Of a stretch of 64,000 bases of DNA, positions 40,101 to 55,100 are shown piece after piece. Position 1 is the stretch's first letter, and each line of letters starts with the position of its first letter. A program made the translations under genes and the position numbers. Under the pieces are notes generated by a model. That model was not told where the DNA came from. It saw nothing but the letters and a program-made list of their open reading frames with translations, and did not search any database. The stretch is from positions 1 through 64,000 of the forward strand of contig JAUCBJ010007806.1 in NCBI GenBank assembly GCA_032718475.1. The letters run 5' to 3'. This DNA is from Nemertoderma westbladi. Lineage: Eukaryota; Animalia; Xenacoelomorpha.

Positions 40101-43100
40101 TGTGAAAGTGAAAGTTAGTTATTGCATACGGAATAGCCATACAACTGTGAAAGTGAAAGTTAGTTATTGCAAACGGAATAGACATATAACTGTGAAAGTG
40201 AAAGTTAGTTATTGCATACGGAATAGCCATACAACTGTGAAAGTGAAAGTTAGTTATTGCAAACGGAATAGACATATAACTGTGAAAGTGAAAGTTAGTT
40301 ATTGCATACGGAATAGCCTTACAACTGTGAAAGTGAAAGTTAGTTATTGCAAACGGAATAGACATATAACTGTGAAAGTGAAAGTTAGTTATTGCATACG
40401 GAATAGACATATAACTGTGAAAGTGAAAGTTAGTTATTGCATACGGAATAGCAATACATACAACTGTGAAAGTGAAAGTTAGTTATTGCATACGGAATAG
40501 CCATACAACTGTGAAAGTGAAAGTTAGTTATTGCAAACGGAATAGACATATAACTGTGAAAGTGAAAGTTAGTTATTGCATACGGAATAGACATATAACT
40601 GTGAAAGTGAAAGTTAGTTATTGCATACGGAATAGCCATACATACAACTCTGAAAGTGAAAGTTAGTTATTGCAAACGGAATAGCCATACAACTGTGAAA
40701 GTTAAGTTAGTTATTGCATACGGAATAGCCATACAACTGTGAAAGTGAAAGTTAGTTATTGCATACGGAATAGCCATACAACTGTGAAAGTGAAAGTTAG
40801 TTATTGCATACGGAATAGCCTTACAACTGTGAAAGTGAAAGTTAGTTATTGCATACGGAATAGCCTTACAACTGTGAAAGTGAAAGTTAGTTATTGCATA
40901 CGGAATAGCCATACAACTGTGAAAGTGAAAGTTAGTTATTGCATACGGAATAGCCTTACAACTGTGAAAGTGAAAGTTAGTTATTGCATACGGAATAGCC
41001 ATACAACAGTGAAAGTGAAAGTTAGTTATTGCATACGGAATAGCCATACAACTGTGAAAGTGAAAGTTAGTTATTGCATACGGAATAGCCATACAACTGT
41101 GAAAGTGAAAGTTAGTTATTGCATACGGAATAGCCATACAACTGTGAAAGTGAAAGATAGTTACTGCATACGGAATAGCCATACAACTGTGAAAGTGAAA
41201 GTTAGTTATTGCATACGGAATAGCCATACAACTCGGAAAATGAAAGTTAGTTATTGCATACGGAATAGCCATACAACTCTGAAAGTGAAAGTTAGTTATT
41301 GCATACGGAATAGCCTTACAACTGTGAAAGTGAAAGTTAGTTATTGCATACGGAATAGCCATACAACTGTGAAAGTGAAAGTTAGTTATTGCATACGGAA
41401 TAGCCATACAACTGTGAAAGTGAAAGTTAGTTATTGCATACGGAATAGCCATACAACTGTGAAAGTGAAAGTTAGTTATTGCATACGGAATAGCCATACA
41501 ACTGTGAAAGTGAAAGTTAGTTATTGCATACGGAATAGCCTTACAACTGTGAAAGTGAAAGTTAGTTATTGCATACGGAATAGCCATACAACTGTGAAAG
41601 TGAAAGTTAGTTATTGCATACGGAATAGCCTTACAACTGTGAAAGTGAAAGTTAGTTATTGCATACGGAATAGCCATACAACTGTGAAAGTGAAAGTTAG
41701 TTATTGCATACGGAATAGCCATACAACTGTGAAAGTGAAAGTTAGTTATTGCATACGGAATAGCCTTACAACTGTGAAAGTGAAAGTTAGTTATTGCATA
41801 CGGAATAGCCATACAACTGTGAAAGTGAAAGTTAGTTATTGCATACGGAATAGCCTTACAACTGTGAAAGTGAAAGTTAGTTATTGCATACGGAATAGCC
41901 TTACAACTGTGAAAGTGAAAGTTAGTTATTGCATACGGAATAGCCATACAACTGTGAAAGTGAAAGTTAGTTATTGCATACGGAATAGCCATACAACTGT
42001 GAAAGTGAAAGTTAGTTATTGCATACGGAATAGCCATACAACTGTGAAAGTGAAAGTTAGTTATTGCATACGGAATAGCCTTACAACTGTGAAAGTGAAA
42101 GTTAGTTATTGCATACGGAATAGCCTTACAACTGTGAAAGTGAAAGTTAGTTATTGCATACGGAATAGCCATACAACTGTGAAAGTGAAAGTTAGTTATT
42201 GCATACGGAATAGCCTTACGACTGTGAAAGTGAAAGTTAGTTATTGCATACGGAATAGCCATACAACTCGGAAAATGAAAGTTAGTTATTGCATACGGAA
42301 TAGCCATACAACTGTGAAAGTGAAAGTTAGTTATTGCATACGGAATAGCCTTACAACTGTGAAAGTGAAAGTTAGTTATTGCATACGGAATAGCCATACA
42401 ACTGTGAAAGTGAATGTTAGTTATTGCATACGGAATAGCCATACAACTGTGAAAGTGAAAGTTAGTTATTGCATACGGAATAGCCATACAACTGTGAAAG
42501 TGAAAGTTAGTTATTGCATACGGAATAGCCATACAACTGTGAAAGTGAAAGATAGTTACTGCATACGGAATAGCCATACAACTGTGAAAGTGAAAGTTAG
42601 TTATTGCATACGGAATAGCCATACAACTCGGAAAATGAAAGTTAGTTATTGCATACGGAATAGCCATACAACTCTGAAAGTGAAAGTTAGTTATTGCATA
42701 CGGAATAGCCTTACAACTGTGAAAGTGAAAGTTAGTTATTGCATACGGAATAGCCATACAACTGTGAAAGTGAAAGTTAGTTATTGCATACGGAATAGCC
42801 ATACAACTGTGAAAGTGAAAGTTAGTTATTGCATACGGAATAGCCATACAACTGTGAAAGTGAAAGTTAGTTATTGCATACGGAATAGCCATACAACTGT
42901 GAAAGTGAAAGTTAGTTATTGCATACGGAATAGCCTTACAACTGTGAAAGTGAAAGTTAGTTATTGCATACGGAATAGCCATACAACTGTGAAAGTGAAA
43001 GTTAGTTATTGCATACGGAATAGCCTTACAACTGTGAAAGTGAAAGTTAGTTATTGCATACGGAATAGCCATACAACTGTGAAAGTGAAAATTAGTTATT

Positions 43101-46100
43101 GCATACGGAATAGCCATACAACTGTGAAAGTGAAAGTTAGTTATTGCATACGGAATAGCCTTACAACTGTGAAAGTGAAAGTTAGTTATTGCATACGGAA
43201 TAGCCATACAACTGTGAAAGTGAAAGTTAGTTATTGCATACGGAATAGCCTTACAACTGTGAAAGTGAAAGTTAGTTATTGCATACGGAATAGCCTTACA
43301 ACTGTGAAAGTGAAAGTTAGTTATTGCATACGGAATAGCCATACAACTGTGAAAGTGAAAGTTAGTTATTGCATACGGAATAGCCATACAACTGTGAAAG
43401 TGAAAGTTAGTTATTGCATACGGAATAGCCATACAACTGTGAAAGTGAAAGTTAGTTATTGCATACGGAATAGCCTTACAACTGTGAAAGTGAAAGTTAG
43501 TTATTGCATACGGAATAGCCTTACAACTGTGAAAGTGAAAGTTAGTTATTGCATACGGAATAGCCATACAACTGTGAAAGTGAAAGTTAGTTATTGCATA
43601 CGGAATAGCCTTACGACTGTGAAAGTGAAAGTTAGTTATTGCATACGGAATAGCCATACAACTCGGAAAATGAAAGTTAGTTATTGCATACGGAATAGCC
43701 ATACAACTGTGAAAGTGAAAGTTAGTTATTGCATACGGAATAGCCTTACAACTGTGAAAGTGAAAGTTAGTTATTGCATACGGAATAGCCATACAACTGT
43801 GAAAGTGAATGTTAGTTATTGCATACGGAATAGCCATACAACTGTGAAAGTGAAAGTTAGTTATTGCATACGGAATAGCCATACAACTGTGAAAGTGAAA
43901 GTTAGTTATTGCATACGGAATAGCCATACAACTGTGAAAGTGAAAGTTAGTTATTGCATACGGAATAGCCATACAACTGTGAAAGTGAAAGTTAGTTATT
44001 GCATACGGAATAGCCATACAACTGTGAAAGTGAAAGTTAGTTATTGCATACGGAATAGCCATACAACAGTGAAAGTGAAAGTTAGTTATTGCATACGGAA
44101 TAGCCATACAACTGTGAAAGTGAAAGTTAGTTATTGCATACGGAATAGCCTTACGACTGTGAAAGTGAAAGTTAGTTATTGCATACGGAATAGCCATACA
44201 ACTCGGAAAATGAAAGTTAGTTATTGCATACGGAATAGCCATACAACTGTGAAAGTGAAAGTTAGTTATTGCATACGGAATAGCCTTACAACTGTGAAAG
44301 TGAAAGTTAGTTATTGCATACGGAATAGCCATACAACTGTGAAAGTGAATGTTAGTTATTGCATACGGAATAGCCATACAACTGTGAAAGTGAAAGTTAG
44401 TTATTGCATACGGAATAGCCATACAACTGTGAAAGTGAAAGTTAGTTATTGCATACGGAATAGCCATACAACTGTGAAAGTGAAAGTTAGTTATTGCATA
44501 CGGAATAGCCATACAACTGTGAAAGTGAAAGTTAGTTATTGCATACGGAATAGCCATACAACTGTGAAAGTGAAAGTTAGTTATTGCATACGGAATAGCC
44601 ATACAACAGTGAAAGTGAAAGTTAGTTATTGCATACGGAATAGCCATACAACTGTGAAAGTGAAAGTTAGTTATTGCATACGGAATAGCCATACAACTGT
44701 GAAAGTGAAAGTTAGTTATTGCATACGGAATAGCCATACAACTGTGAAAGTGAAAGTTAGTTATTGCATACGGAATAGCCATACAACTGTGAAAGTGAAA
44801 GTTAGTTATTGCATACGGAATAGCCATACAACTGTGAAAGTGAAAGTTAGTTATTGCATACGGAATAGCCATACAACTGTGAAAGTGAAAGTTAGTTATT
44901 GCATACGGAATAGCCATACAACTCGGAAAATGAAAGTTAGTTATTGCATACGGAATAGCCATACATACAACTGTGAAAGTGAAAGTTAGTTATTGCATAC
45001 AGAATAGCCATACATACAACTGTGAAAGTGAAAGTTAGTTATTGCATACGGAATAGCCATACAACTGTGAAAGTGAAAGTTAGTTATTGCATACGGAATA
45101 GCCATACAACTGTGAAAGTGAAAGTTAGTTATTGCATACGGAATAGCCATACAACTGTGAAAGTGAAAGTTAGTTATTGCATACGGAATAGCCATACAAC
45201 TGTGAAAGTGAAAGTTAGTTATTGCATACGGAATAGCCATACAACTGTGAAAGTGAAAGTTAGTTATTGCATACGGAATAGCCATACAACTGTGAAAGTG
45301 AAAGTTAGTTATTGCATACGGAATAGCCATACAACTGTGAAAGTGAAAGTTAGTTATTGCATACGGAATAGCCATACAACTGTGAAAGTGAAAGTTAGTT
45401 ATTGCATACGGAATAGCCTTACAACTGTGAAAGTGAAAGTTAGTTATTGCATACGGAATAGCCATACAACTGTGAAAGTGAAAGTTGGTTATTGCATACG
45501 GAATAGCCTTACAACTGTGAAAGTGAAAGTTAGTTATTGCATACGGAATAGCCATACAACTGTGAAAGTGAAAGTTAGTTATTGCATACGGAATAGCCAT
45601 ACAACTGTGAAAGTGAAAGTTAGTTATTGCATACGGAATAGCCATACAACTCGGAAAATGAAAGTTAGTTATTGCATACGGAATAGCCATACAACTCGGA
45701 AAATGAAAGTTAGTTATTGCATACGGAATAGCCTTACAACTGTGAAAGTGAAAGTTAGTTATTGCATACGGAATAGCCATACAACTGTGAAAGTGAAAGT
45801 TAGTTATTGCATACGGAATAGCCATACAACTGTGAAAGTGAAAGTTAGTTATTGCATACGGAATAGCCATACAACTGTGAAAGTGAAAGTTAGTTATTGC
45901 ATACGGAATAGCCATACAACTGTGAAAGTGAAAGTTAGTTATTGCAAACGGAATAGACATATAACTGTGAAAGTGAAAGTTAGTTATTGCATACGGAATA
46001 GACATATAACTGTGAAAGTGAAAGTTAGTTATTGCATACGGAATAGCCATACAACTGTGAAAGTGAAAGTTAGTTATTGCATACGGAATAGCCATACAAC

Positions 46101-49100
46101 TGTGAAAGTGAAAGTTAGTTATTGCAAACGGAATAGACATATAACTGTGAAAGTGAAAGTTAGTTATTGCATACGGAATAGCCATACAACTGTGAAAGTG
46201 AAAGTTAGTTATTGCAAACGGAATAGACATATAACTGTGAAAGTGAAAGTTAGTTATTGCATACGGAATAGCCTTACAACTGTGAAAGTGAAAGTTAGTT
46301 ATTGCAAACGGAATAGACATATAACTGTGAAAGTGAAAGTTAGTTATTGCATACGGAATAGACATATAACTGTGAAAGTGAAAGTTAGTTATTGCATACG
46401 GAATAGCAATACATACAACTGTGAAAGTGAAAGTTAGTTATTGCATACGGAATAGCCATACAACTGTGAAAGTGAAAGTTAGTTATTGCAAACGGAATAG
46501 ACATATAACTGTGAAAGTGAAAGTTAGTTATTGCATACGGAATAGACATATAACTGTGAAAGTGAAAGTTAGTTATTGCATACGGAATAGCCATACATAC
46601 AACTCTGAAAGTGAAAGTTAGTTATTGCAAACGGAATAGCCATACAACTGTGAAAGTTAAGTTAGTTATTGCATACGGAATAGCCATACAACTGTGAAAG
46701 TGAAAGTTAGTTATTGCATACGGAATAGCCATACAACTGTGAAAGTGAAAGTTAGTTATTGCATACGGAATAGCCTTACAACTGTGAAAGTGAAAGTTAG
46801 TTATTGCATACGGAATAGCCTTACAACTGTGAAAGTGAAAGTTAGTTATTGCATACGGAATAGCCATACAACTGTGAAAGTGAAAGTTAGTTATTGCATA
46901 CGGAATAGCCTTACAACTGTGAAAGTGAAAGTTAGTTATTGTATACGGAATAGCCATACAACAGTGAAAGTGAAAGTTAGTTATTGCATACGGAATAGCC
47001 ATACAACTGTGAAAGTGAAAGTTAGTTATTGCATACGGAATAGCCATACAACTGTGAAAGTGAAAGTTAGTTATTGCATACGGAATAGCCATACAACTGT
47101 GAAAGTGAAAGATAGTTACTGCATACGGAATAGCCATACAACTGTGAAAGTGAAAGTTAGTTATTGCATACGGAATAGCCATACAACTCGGAAAATGAAA
47201 GTTAGTTATTGCATACGGAATAGCCATACAACTCTGAAAGTGAAAGTTAGTTATTGCATACGGAATAGCCTTACAACTGTGAAAGTGAAAGTTAGTTATT
47301 GCATACGGAATAGCCATACAACTGTGAAAGTGAAAGTTAGTTATTGCATACGGAATAGCCATACAACTGTGAAAGTGAAAGTTAGTTATTGCATACGGAA
47401 TAGCCATACAACTGTGAAAGTGAAAGTTAGTTATTGCATACGGAATAGCCATACAACTGTGAAAGTGAAAGTTAGTTATTGCATACGGAATAGCCTTACA
47501 ACTGTGAAAGTGAAAGTTAGTTATTGCATACGGAATAGCCATACAACTGTGAAAGTGAAAGTTAGTTATTGCATACGGAATAGCCTTACAACTGTGAAAG
47601 TGAAAGTTAGTTATTGCATACGGAATAGCCATACAACTGTGAAAGTGAAAGTTAGTTATTGCATACGGAATAGCCATACAACTGTGAAAGTGAAAGTTAG
47701 TTATTGCATACGGAATAGCCTTACAACTGTGAAAGTGAAAGTTAGTTATTGCATACGGAATAGCCATACAACTGTGAAAGTGAAAGTTAGTTATTGCATA
47801 CGGAATAGCCATACAACTCGGAAAATGAAAGTTAGTTATTGCATACGGAATAGCCATACAACTCGGAAAATGAAAGTTAGTTATTGCATACGGAATAGCC
47901 ATACAACTGTGAAAGTGAAAGTTAGTTATTGCATACGGAATAGCCATACAACTGTGAAAGTGAAAGTTAGTTATTGCATACGGAATAGCCATACATACAA
48001 CTGTGAAAGTGAAAGTTAGTTATTGCATACGGAATAGCCATACAACTGTGAAAGTGAAAGTTAGTTATTGCATACGGAATAGCCATACAACTGTGAAAGT
48101 GAAAGTTAGTTATTGCATACGGAATAGCCATACAACTGTGAAAGAGAAAAATAGTTATTGCATACGGAATAGCCATACAACTGTGAAAGTGAAAGTTAGT
48201 TATTGTATACGGAATAGCCATACAACTGTGAAAGTGAAAGTTAGTTATTGTATACGGAATAGCCATACAACTGTGAAAGTGAAAGTTAGTTATTGCATAC
48301 GGAATAGCCATACAACTGTGAAAGTGAAAGTTAGTTATTGCATACAGAATAGCCATACAACTGTGAAAGTGAAAGTTAGTTATTGCATACGGAATAGCCA
48401 TACAACTGTGAAAGAGAAGGTTAGTTATTGTATACGGAATAGCCATACAACTGTGAAAGTGAAAGTTAGTTATTGTATACGGAATAGCCATACAACTGTG
48501 AAAGTGAAAGTTAGTTATTGTATACGGAATAGCCATACAACTGTGAAAGAGAAAAATAGTTATTGTATGCGGAATAGACATACAACTGTGAAAGTGAAAG
48601 TTAGTTATTGTATACGGAATAGCTATACAACTGTGAAAGTGAAAGTTAGTTATTGCATACGGAATAGCCATACAACTGTGAAAGAGAAGGTTAGTTATTG
48701 CATACGGAATAGCCATACAACTGTGAAAGTGAAAGTTAGTTATTGTATACGGAATAGCCATACAACTGTGAAAGTGAAAGTTAGTTATTGTATACGGAAT
48801 AGCCATACAACTGTGAAAGTGAAAGTTAGTTATTGCATACGGAATAGCCATACAACTGTGAAAGTGAAAGTTAGTTATTGTATACGGAATAGACATACAA
48901 CTGTGAAAGTGAAAAATAGTTATTGTATACGGAATAGCCATACAACTGTGAAAGAGAAAAATAGTTATTGTATGCGGAATAGACATACAACTGTGAAAGT
49001 GAAAGTTAGTTATTGCATACGGAATAGCCATACAACTGTGAAAGTGAAAGTTAGTTATTGTATACGGAATAGCCATACAACTGTGAAAGAGAAAAATAGT

Positions 49101-52100
49101 TATTGTATACGGAATAGCCATACAACTGTGAAAGTGAAAGTTAGTTATTGTATACGGAATAGCCATACAACTGTGAAAGAGAAAAATAGTTATTGTATAC
49201 GGAATAGCCATACAACTGTGAAAGTGAAAGTTAGTTATTGTATACGGAATAGCCATACAACTGTGAAAGTGAAAGTTAGTTATTGTATACGGAATAGCCA
49301 TACAACTGTGAAAGAGAAAGTTATTTATTGTATACGGAATAGCCATACAACTGTGAAAGTGAAAGTTAGTTATTGTATACGGAATAGCCATACAACTGTG
49401 AAAGTGAAAGTTAGTTATTGTATACGGAATAGCCATACAACTGTGAAAGTGAAAGTTAGTTATTGCATACGGAATAGCCATACAACTGTGAAAGTGAAAG
49501 TTAGTTATTGCATACGGAATAGCCATACAACTGTGAAAGTGAAAGTTAGTTATTGTATACGGAATAGCCATACAACTGTGAAAGTGAAAGTTAGTTATTG
49601 CATACGGAATAGCCATACAACTGTGAAAGTGAAAGTTAGTTATTGCATACGGAATAGCCATACAACTGTGAAAGTGAAAGTTAGTTATTGTATACGGAAT
49701 AGCCATACAACTGTGAATGTGAAAGTTAGTTATTGCATACGGAATAGCCATACAACTGTGAAAGTGAAAGTTAGTTATTGCATACGGAATAGCCATACAA
49801 CTGTGAAAGTGAAAGTTAGTTATTGCATACGGAATAGCCATACAACTGTGAAAGTGAAAGTTAGTTATTGCATACGGAATAGCCATACAACTGTGAAAGT
49901 GAAAGTTAGTTATTGCATACGGAATAGACATACAACTGTGAAAGTGAAAGTTAGTTATTGCATACGGAATAGCCATACAACTGTGAAAGAGAAAGTTATT
50001 TATTGTATACGGAATAGCCATACAACTGTGAAAGTGAAAGTTAGTTATTGTATACGGAATAGCCAAACAACTGTGAAAGTGAAAGTTAGTTATTGTATAC
50101 GGAATAGCCATACAACTGTGAAAGTGAAAAATAGTTATTGTATACGGAATAGCCATACATACAACTGTGAAAGTGAAAGTTAGTTATTGTATACGGAATA
50201 GCCAAACAACTGTGAAAGTGAAAGTTAGTTATTGTATACGGAATAGCCATACAACTGTGAAAGTGAAAAATAGTTATTGTATACGGAATAGCCATACATA
50301 CAACTGTGAAAGTGAAAGTTAGTTATTGCATACGGAATAGCCATACATACAACTGTGAAAGAGAAAGTTATTTATTGTATACGGAATAGCCATACAACTG
50401 TGAAAGAGAAAAATAGTTATTGTATGCGGAATAGACATACAACTGTGAAAGAGAAAAATAGTTATTGTATACGGAATAGCCATACAACTGTGAAAGAGAA
50501 GGTTAGTTATTGCATACGGAATAGCCATACAACTGTGAAAGAGAAAAATAGTTATTGTATGCGGAATAGACATACAACTGTGAAAGTGAAAGTTAGTTAT
50601 TGCATACGGAATAGCCATACAACTGTGAAAGAGAAAGTTATTTATTGTATACGGAATAGCCATACAACTGTGAAAGTGAAAGTTAGTTATTGTATACGGA
50701 ATAGCCAAACAACTGTGAAAGTGAAAGTTAGTTATTGTATACGGAATAGCCAAACAACTGTGAAAGTGAAAGTTAGTTATTGTATACGGAATAGCCATAC
50801 AACTGTGAAAGAGAAAAATAGTTATTGTATACGGAATAGCCATACAACTGTGAAAGAGAAAGTTATTTATTGTATACGGAATAGCCATACAACTGTGAAA
50901 GAGAAAAATAGTTATTGTATGCGGAATAGACATACAACTGTGAAAGTGAAAGTTAGTTATTGCATACGGAATAGCCATACAACTGTGAAAGAGAAAGTTA
51001 TTTATTGTATACGGAATAGCCATACAACTGTGAAAGTGAAAGTTAGTTATTGTATACGGAATAGCCAAACAACTGTGAAAGTGAAAGTTAGTTATTGTAT
51101 ACGGAATAGCCATACAACTGTGAAAGAGAAAAATAGTTATTGTATACGGAATAGACATACAACTGTGAAAGAGAAGGTTAGTTATTGCATACGGAATAGC
51201 CATACAACTGTGAAAGTGAAAGTTAGTTATTGTATACGGAATAGCCAAACAACTGTGAAAGAGAAAGTTATTTATTGTATACGGAATAGCCATACAACTG
51301 TGAAAGAGAAAGTTATTTATTGTATACGGAATAGCCATACAACTGTGAAAGTGAAAGTTAGTTATTGTATACGGAATAGCCAAACAACTGTGAAAGTGAA
51401 AGTTAGTTATTGTATACGGAATAGCCATACAACTGTGAAAGAGAAAGTTATTTATTGTATACGGAATAGCCATACAACTGTGAAAGAGAAAAATAGTTAT
51501 TGTATGCGGAATAGACATACAACTGTGAAAGTGAAAGTTAGTTATTGCATACGGAATAGCCATACAACTGTGAAAGAGAAAGTTATTTATTGTATACGGA
51601 ATAGCCATACAACTGTGAAAGTGAAAGTTAGTTATTGTATACGGAATAGCCAAACAACTGTGAAAGTGAAAGTTAGTTATTGTATACGGAATAGCCATAC
51701 AACTGTGAAAGAGAAAAATAGTTATTGTATACGGAATAGCCATACAACTGTGAAAGAGAAAAATAGTTATTGTATACGGAATAGCCATACATACAACTGT
51801 GAAAGAGAAGGTTAGTTATTGCATACGGAATAGACATACAACTGTGAAAGAGAAAAATAGTTATTGTATACGGAATAGCCATACAACTGTGAAAGAGAAA
51901 AATAGTTATTGTATACGGAATAGCCATACAACTGTGAAAGAGAAAAATAGTTATTGTATACGGAATAGCCATACAACTGTGAAAGAGAAGGTTAGTTATT
52001 ACATACGGAATAGCCATACAACTGTGAAAGAGAAAAATAGTTATTGTATACGGAATAGCCATACAACTGTGAAAGAGAAAAATAGTTATTGTATACGGAA

Positions 52101-55100
52101 TAGCCATACAACTGTGAAAGAGAAAGTTATTTATTGTATACGGAATAGCCATACAACTGTGAAAGTGAAAGTTAGTTATTGTATACGGAATAGCCATACA
52201 ACTGTGAAAGTGAAAGTTAGTTATTGTATACGGAATAGCCATACAACTGTGAAAGTGAAAGTTAGTTATTGCATACGGAATAGCCATACAACTGTGAATG
52301 TGAAAGTTAGTTATTGCATACGGAATAGCCATACAACTGTGAAAGTGAAAGTTAGTTATTGCATACGGAATAGCCATACAACTGTGAAAGTGAAAGTTAG
52401 TTATTGCATACGGAATAGCCATACAACTGTGAAAGTGAAAGTTAGTTATTGCATACGGAATAGCCATACAACTGTGAAAGTGAAAGTTAGTTATTGCATA
52501 CGGAATAGCCATACAACTGTGAAAGTGAAAGTTAGTTATTGCATACGGAATAGCCATACAACTGTGAAAGTGAAAGTTAGTTATTGCATACGGAATAGCC
52601 ATACAACTGTGAAAGAGAAAAATAGTTATTGCATACGGAATAGCCATACAACTGTGAAAGAGAAAGTTATTTATTGTATACGGAATAGCCATACAACTGT
52701 GAAAGTGAAAGTTAGTTATTGTATACGGAATAGCCATACAACTGTGAAAGTGAAAGTTAGTTATTGTATACGGAATAGCCATACAACTGTGAAAGTGAAA
52801 GTTAGTTATTGTATACGGAATAGCCATACAACTGTGAAAGTGAAAGTTAGTTATTGTATACGGAATAGCCATACAACTGTGAAAGTGAAAGTTAGTTATT
52901 GCATACGGAATAGCCATACAACTGTGAAAGTGAAAGTTAGTTATTGTATACGGAATAGCCATACAACTGTGAAAGTGAAAGTTAGTTATTGTATACGGAA
53001 TAGCCATACAACTGTGAAAGTGAAAGTTAGTTATTGTATACGGAATAGCCATACAACTGTGAAAGTGAAAGTTAGTTATTGTATACGGAATAGCCATACA
53101 ACTGTGAAAGTGAAAGTTAGTTATTGCATACGGAATAGCCATACAACTGTGAAAGTGAAAGTTAGTTATTGTATACGGAATAGCCATACAACTGTGAAAG
53201 AGAAAAATAGTTATTGCATACGGAATAGCCATACAACTGTGAAAGAGAAAGTTATTTATTGTATACGGAATAGTCATACAACTGTGATAGTGAAAGTTAG
53301 TTATTGCATACGGAATAGCCATACAACTGTGAAAGTGAAAGTTAGTTATTGCATACGGAATAGCCATACAACTGTGATAGTGAAAGTTAGTTATTGCATA
53401 CGGAATAGTCATACAACTGTGATAGTGAAAGTTAGTTATTGCATACGGAATAGTCATACAACTGTGAAAGAGAAAGTTAGTTATTGCATACGGAATAGCC
53501 ATACAACTGTGAAAGTGAAAGTTAGTTATTGCATACGGAATAGCCATACAACTGTGAAAGTGAAAGTTAGTTATTGCATACGGAATAGCCATACAACTGT
53601 GAAAGTGAAAGTTAGTTATTGCATACGGAATAGCCATACAACTGTGATAGTGAAAGTTAGTTATTGCATACGGAATAGCCATACAACTGTGAAAATGAAT
53701 GTTAGTTATTGCATACGGAATAGCCATACAACTGTGAAAGTGAAAGTTAGTTATTGCATACGGAATAGTCATACAACTGTGAAAGAGAAAGTTAGTTATT
53801 GCATACGGAATAGCCATACAACTGTGAAAATGAATGTTAGTTATTGCATACGGAATAGCCATACAACTGTGAAAGTGAAAGTTAGTTATTGCATACGGAA
53901 TAGTCATACAACTGTGAAAGAGAAAGTTAGTTATTGCATACGGAATAGCCATACAACTGTGAAAGTGAAAGTTAGTTATTGCATACGGAATAGCCATACA
54001 ACTGTGAAAATGAATGTTAGTTATTGCATACGGAATAGCCATACAACTGTGAAAGTGAAAGTTAGTTATTGCATACGGAATAGTCATACAACTGTGAAAG
54101 AGAAAGTTAGTTATTGCATACGGAATAGCCATACAACTGTGAAAGTGAAAGTTAGTTATTGCATACGGAATAGCCATACAACTGTGAAAGTGAAAGTTAG
54201 TTATTGCATACGGAATAGCCATACAACTGTGATAGTGAAAGTTAGTTATTGCATACGGAATAGCCATACAACTGTGAAAGTGAAAGTTAGTTATTGCATA
54301 CGGAATAGCCATACAACTCTGAAAGTGAAAGTTAGTTATTGCATACGGAATAGCCATACAACTCTGATAGTGAAAGTTAGTTATTGCATACGGAATAGCC
54401 ATACAACTGTGAAAGAGAAAAATAGTTATTGCATACGGAATAGCCATACATACAACTGTGAAAGAGAAAGTTAGTTATTGAATACGGAATAGCCATACAA
54501 CTCTGAAAGTGAAAGTTAGTTATTGCATACGGAATAGCCATACAACTCTGATAGTGAAAGTTAGTTATTGCATACGGAATAGCCATACATACAACTGTGA
54601 AAGAGAAGATTAGTTATTGCATACGGAATAGCCATACAACTGTGAAAGTGAAAGTTAGTTATTGCATACGGAATAGCCATACATACAACTGTGAAAGAGA
54701 AAAATAGTTATTGTATACGGAATAGCCATACAACTGTGAAAGAGAAGGTTAGTTATTGCATACGGAATAGCCATACAACTGTGAAAGTGAAAGTTAGTTA
54801 TTGCATACGGAATAGCCATACAACTGTGAAAGTGAAAGTTAGTTATTGCATACGGAATAGCCATACATACAACTGTGAAAGAGAAGATTAGTTATTGCAT
54901 ACGGAATAGACATACAACTGTGAAAGTGAAAGTTAGTTATTGCATACGGAATAGCCATACATACAACTGTGAAAGAGAAAAATAGTTATTGCATACGGAA
55001 TAGCCATACATACAACTGTGAAAGAGAAGATTAGTTATTGCATACGGAATAGACATACAACTGTGAAAGTGAAAGTTAGTTATTGCATACGGAATAGCCA

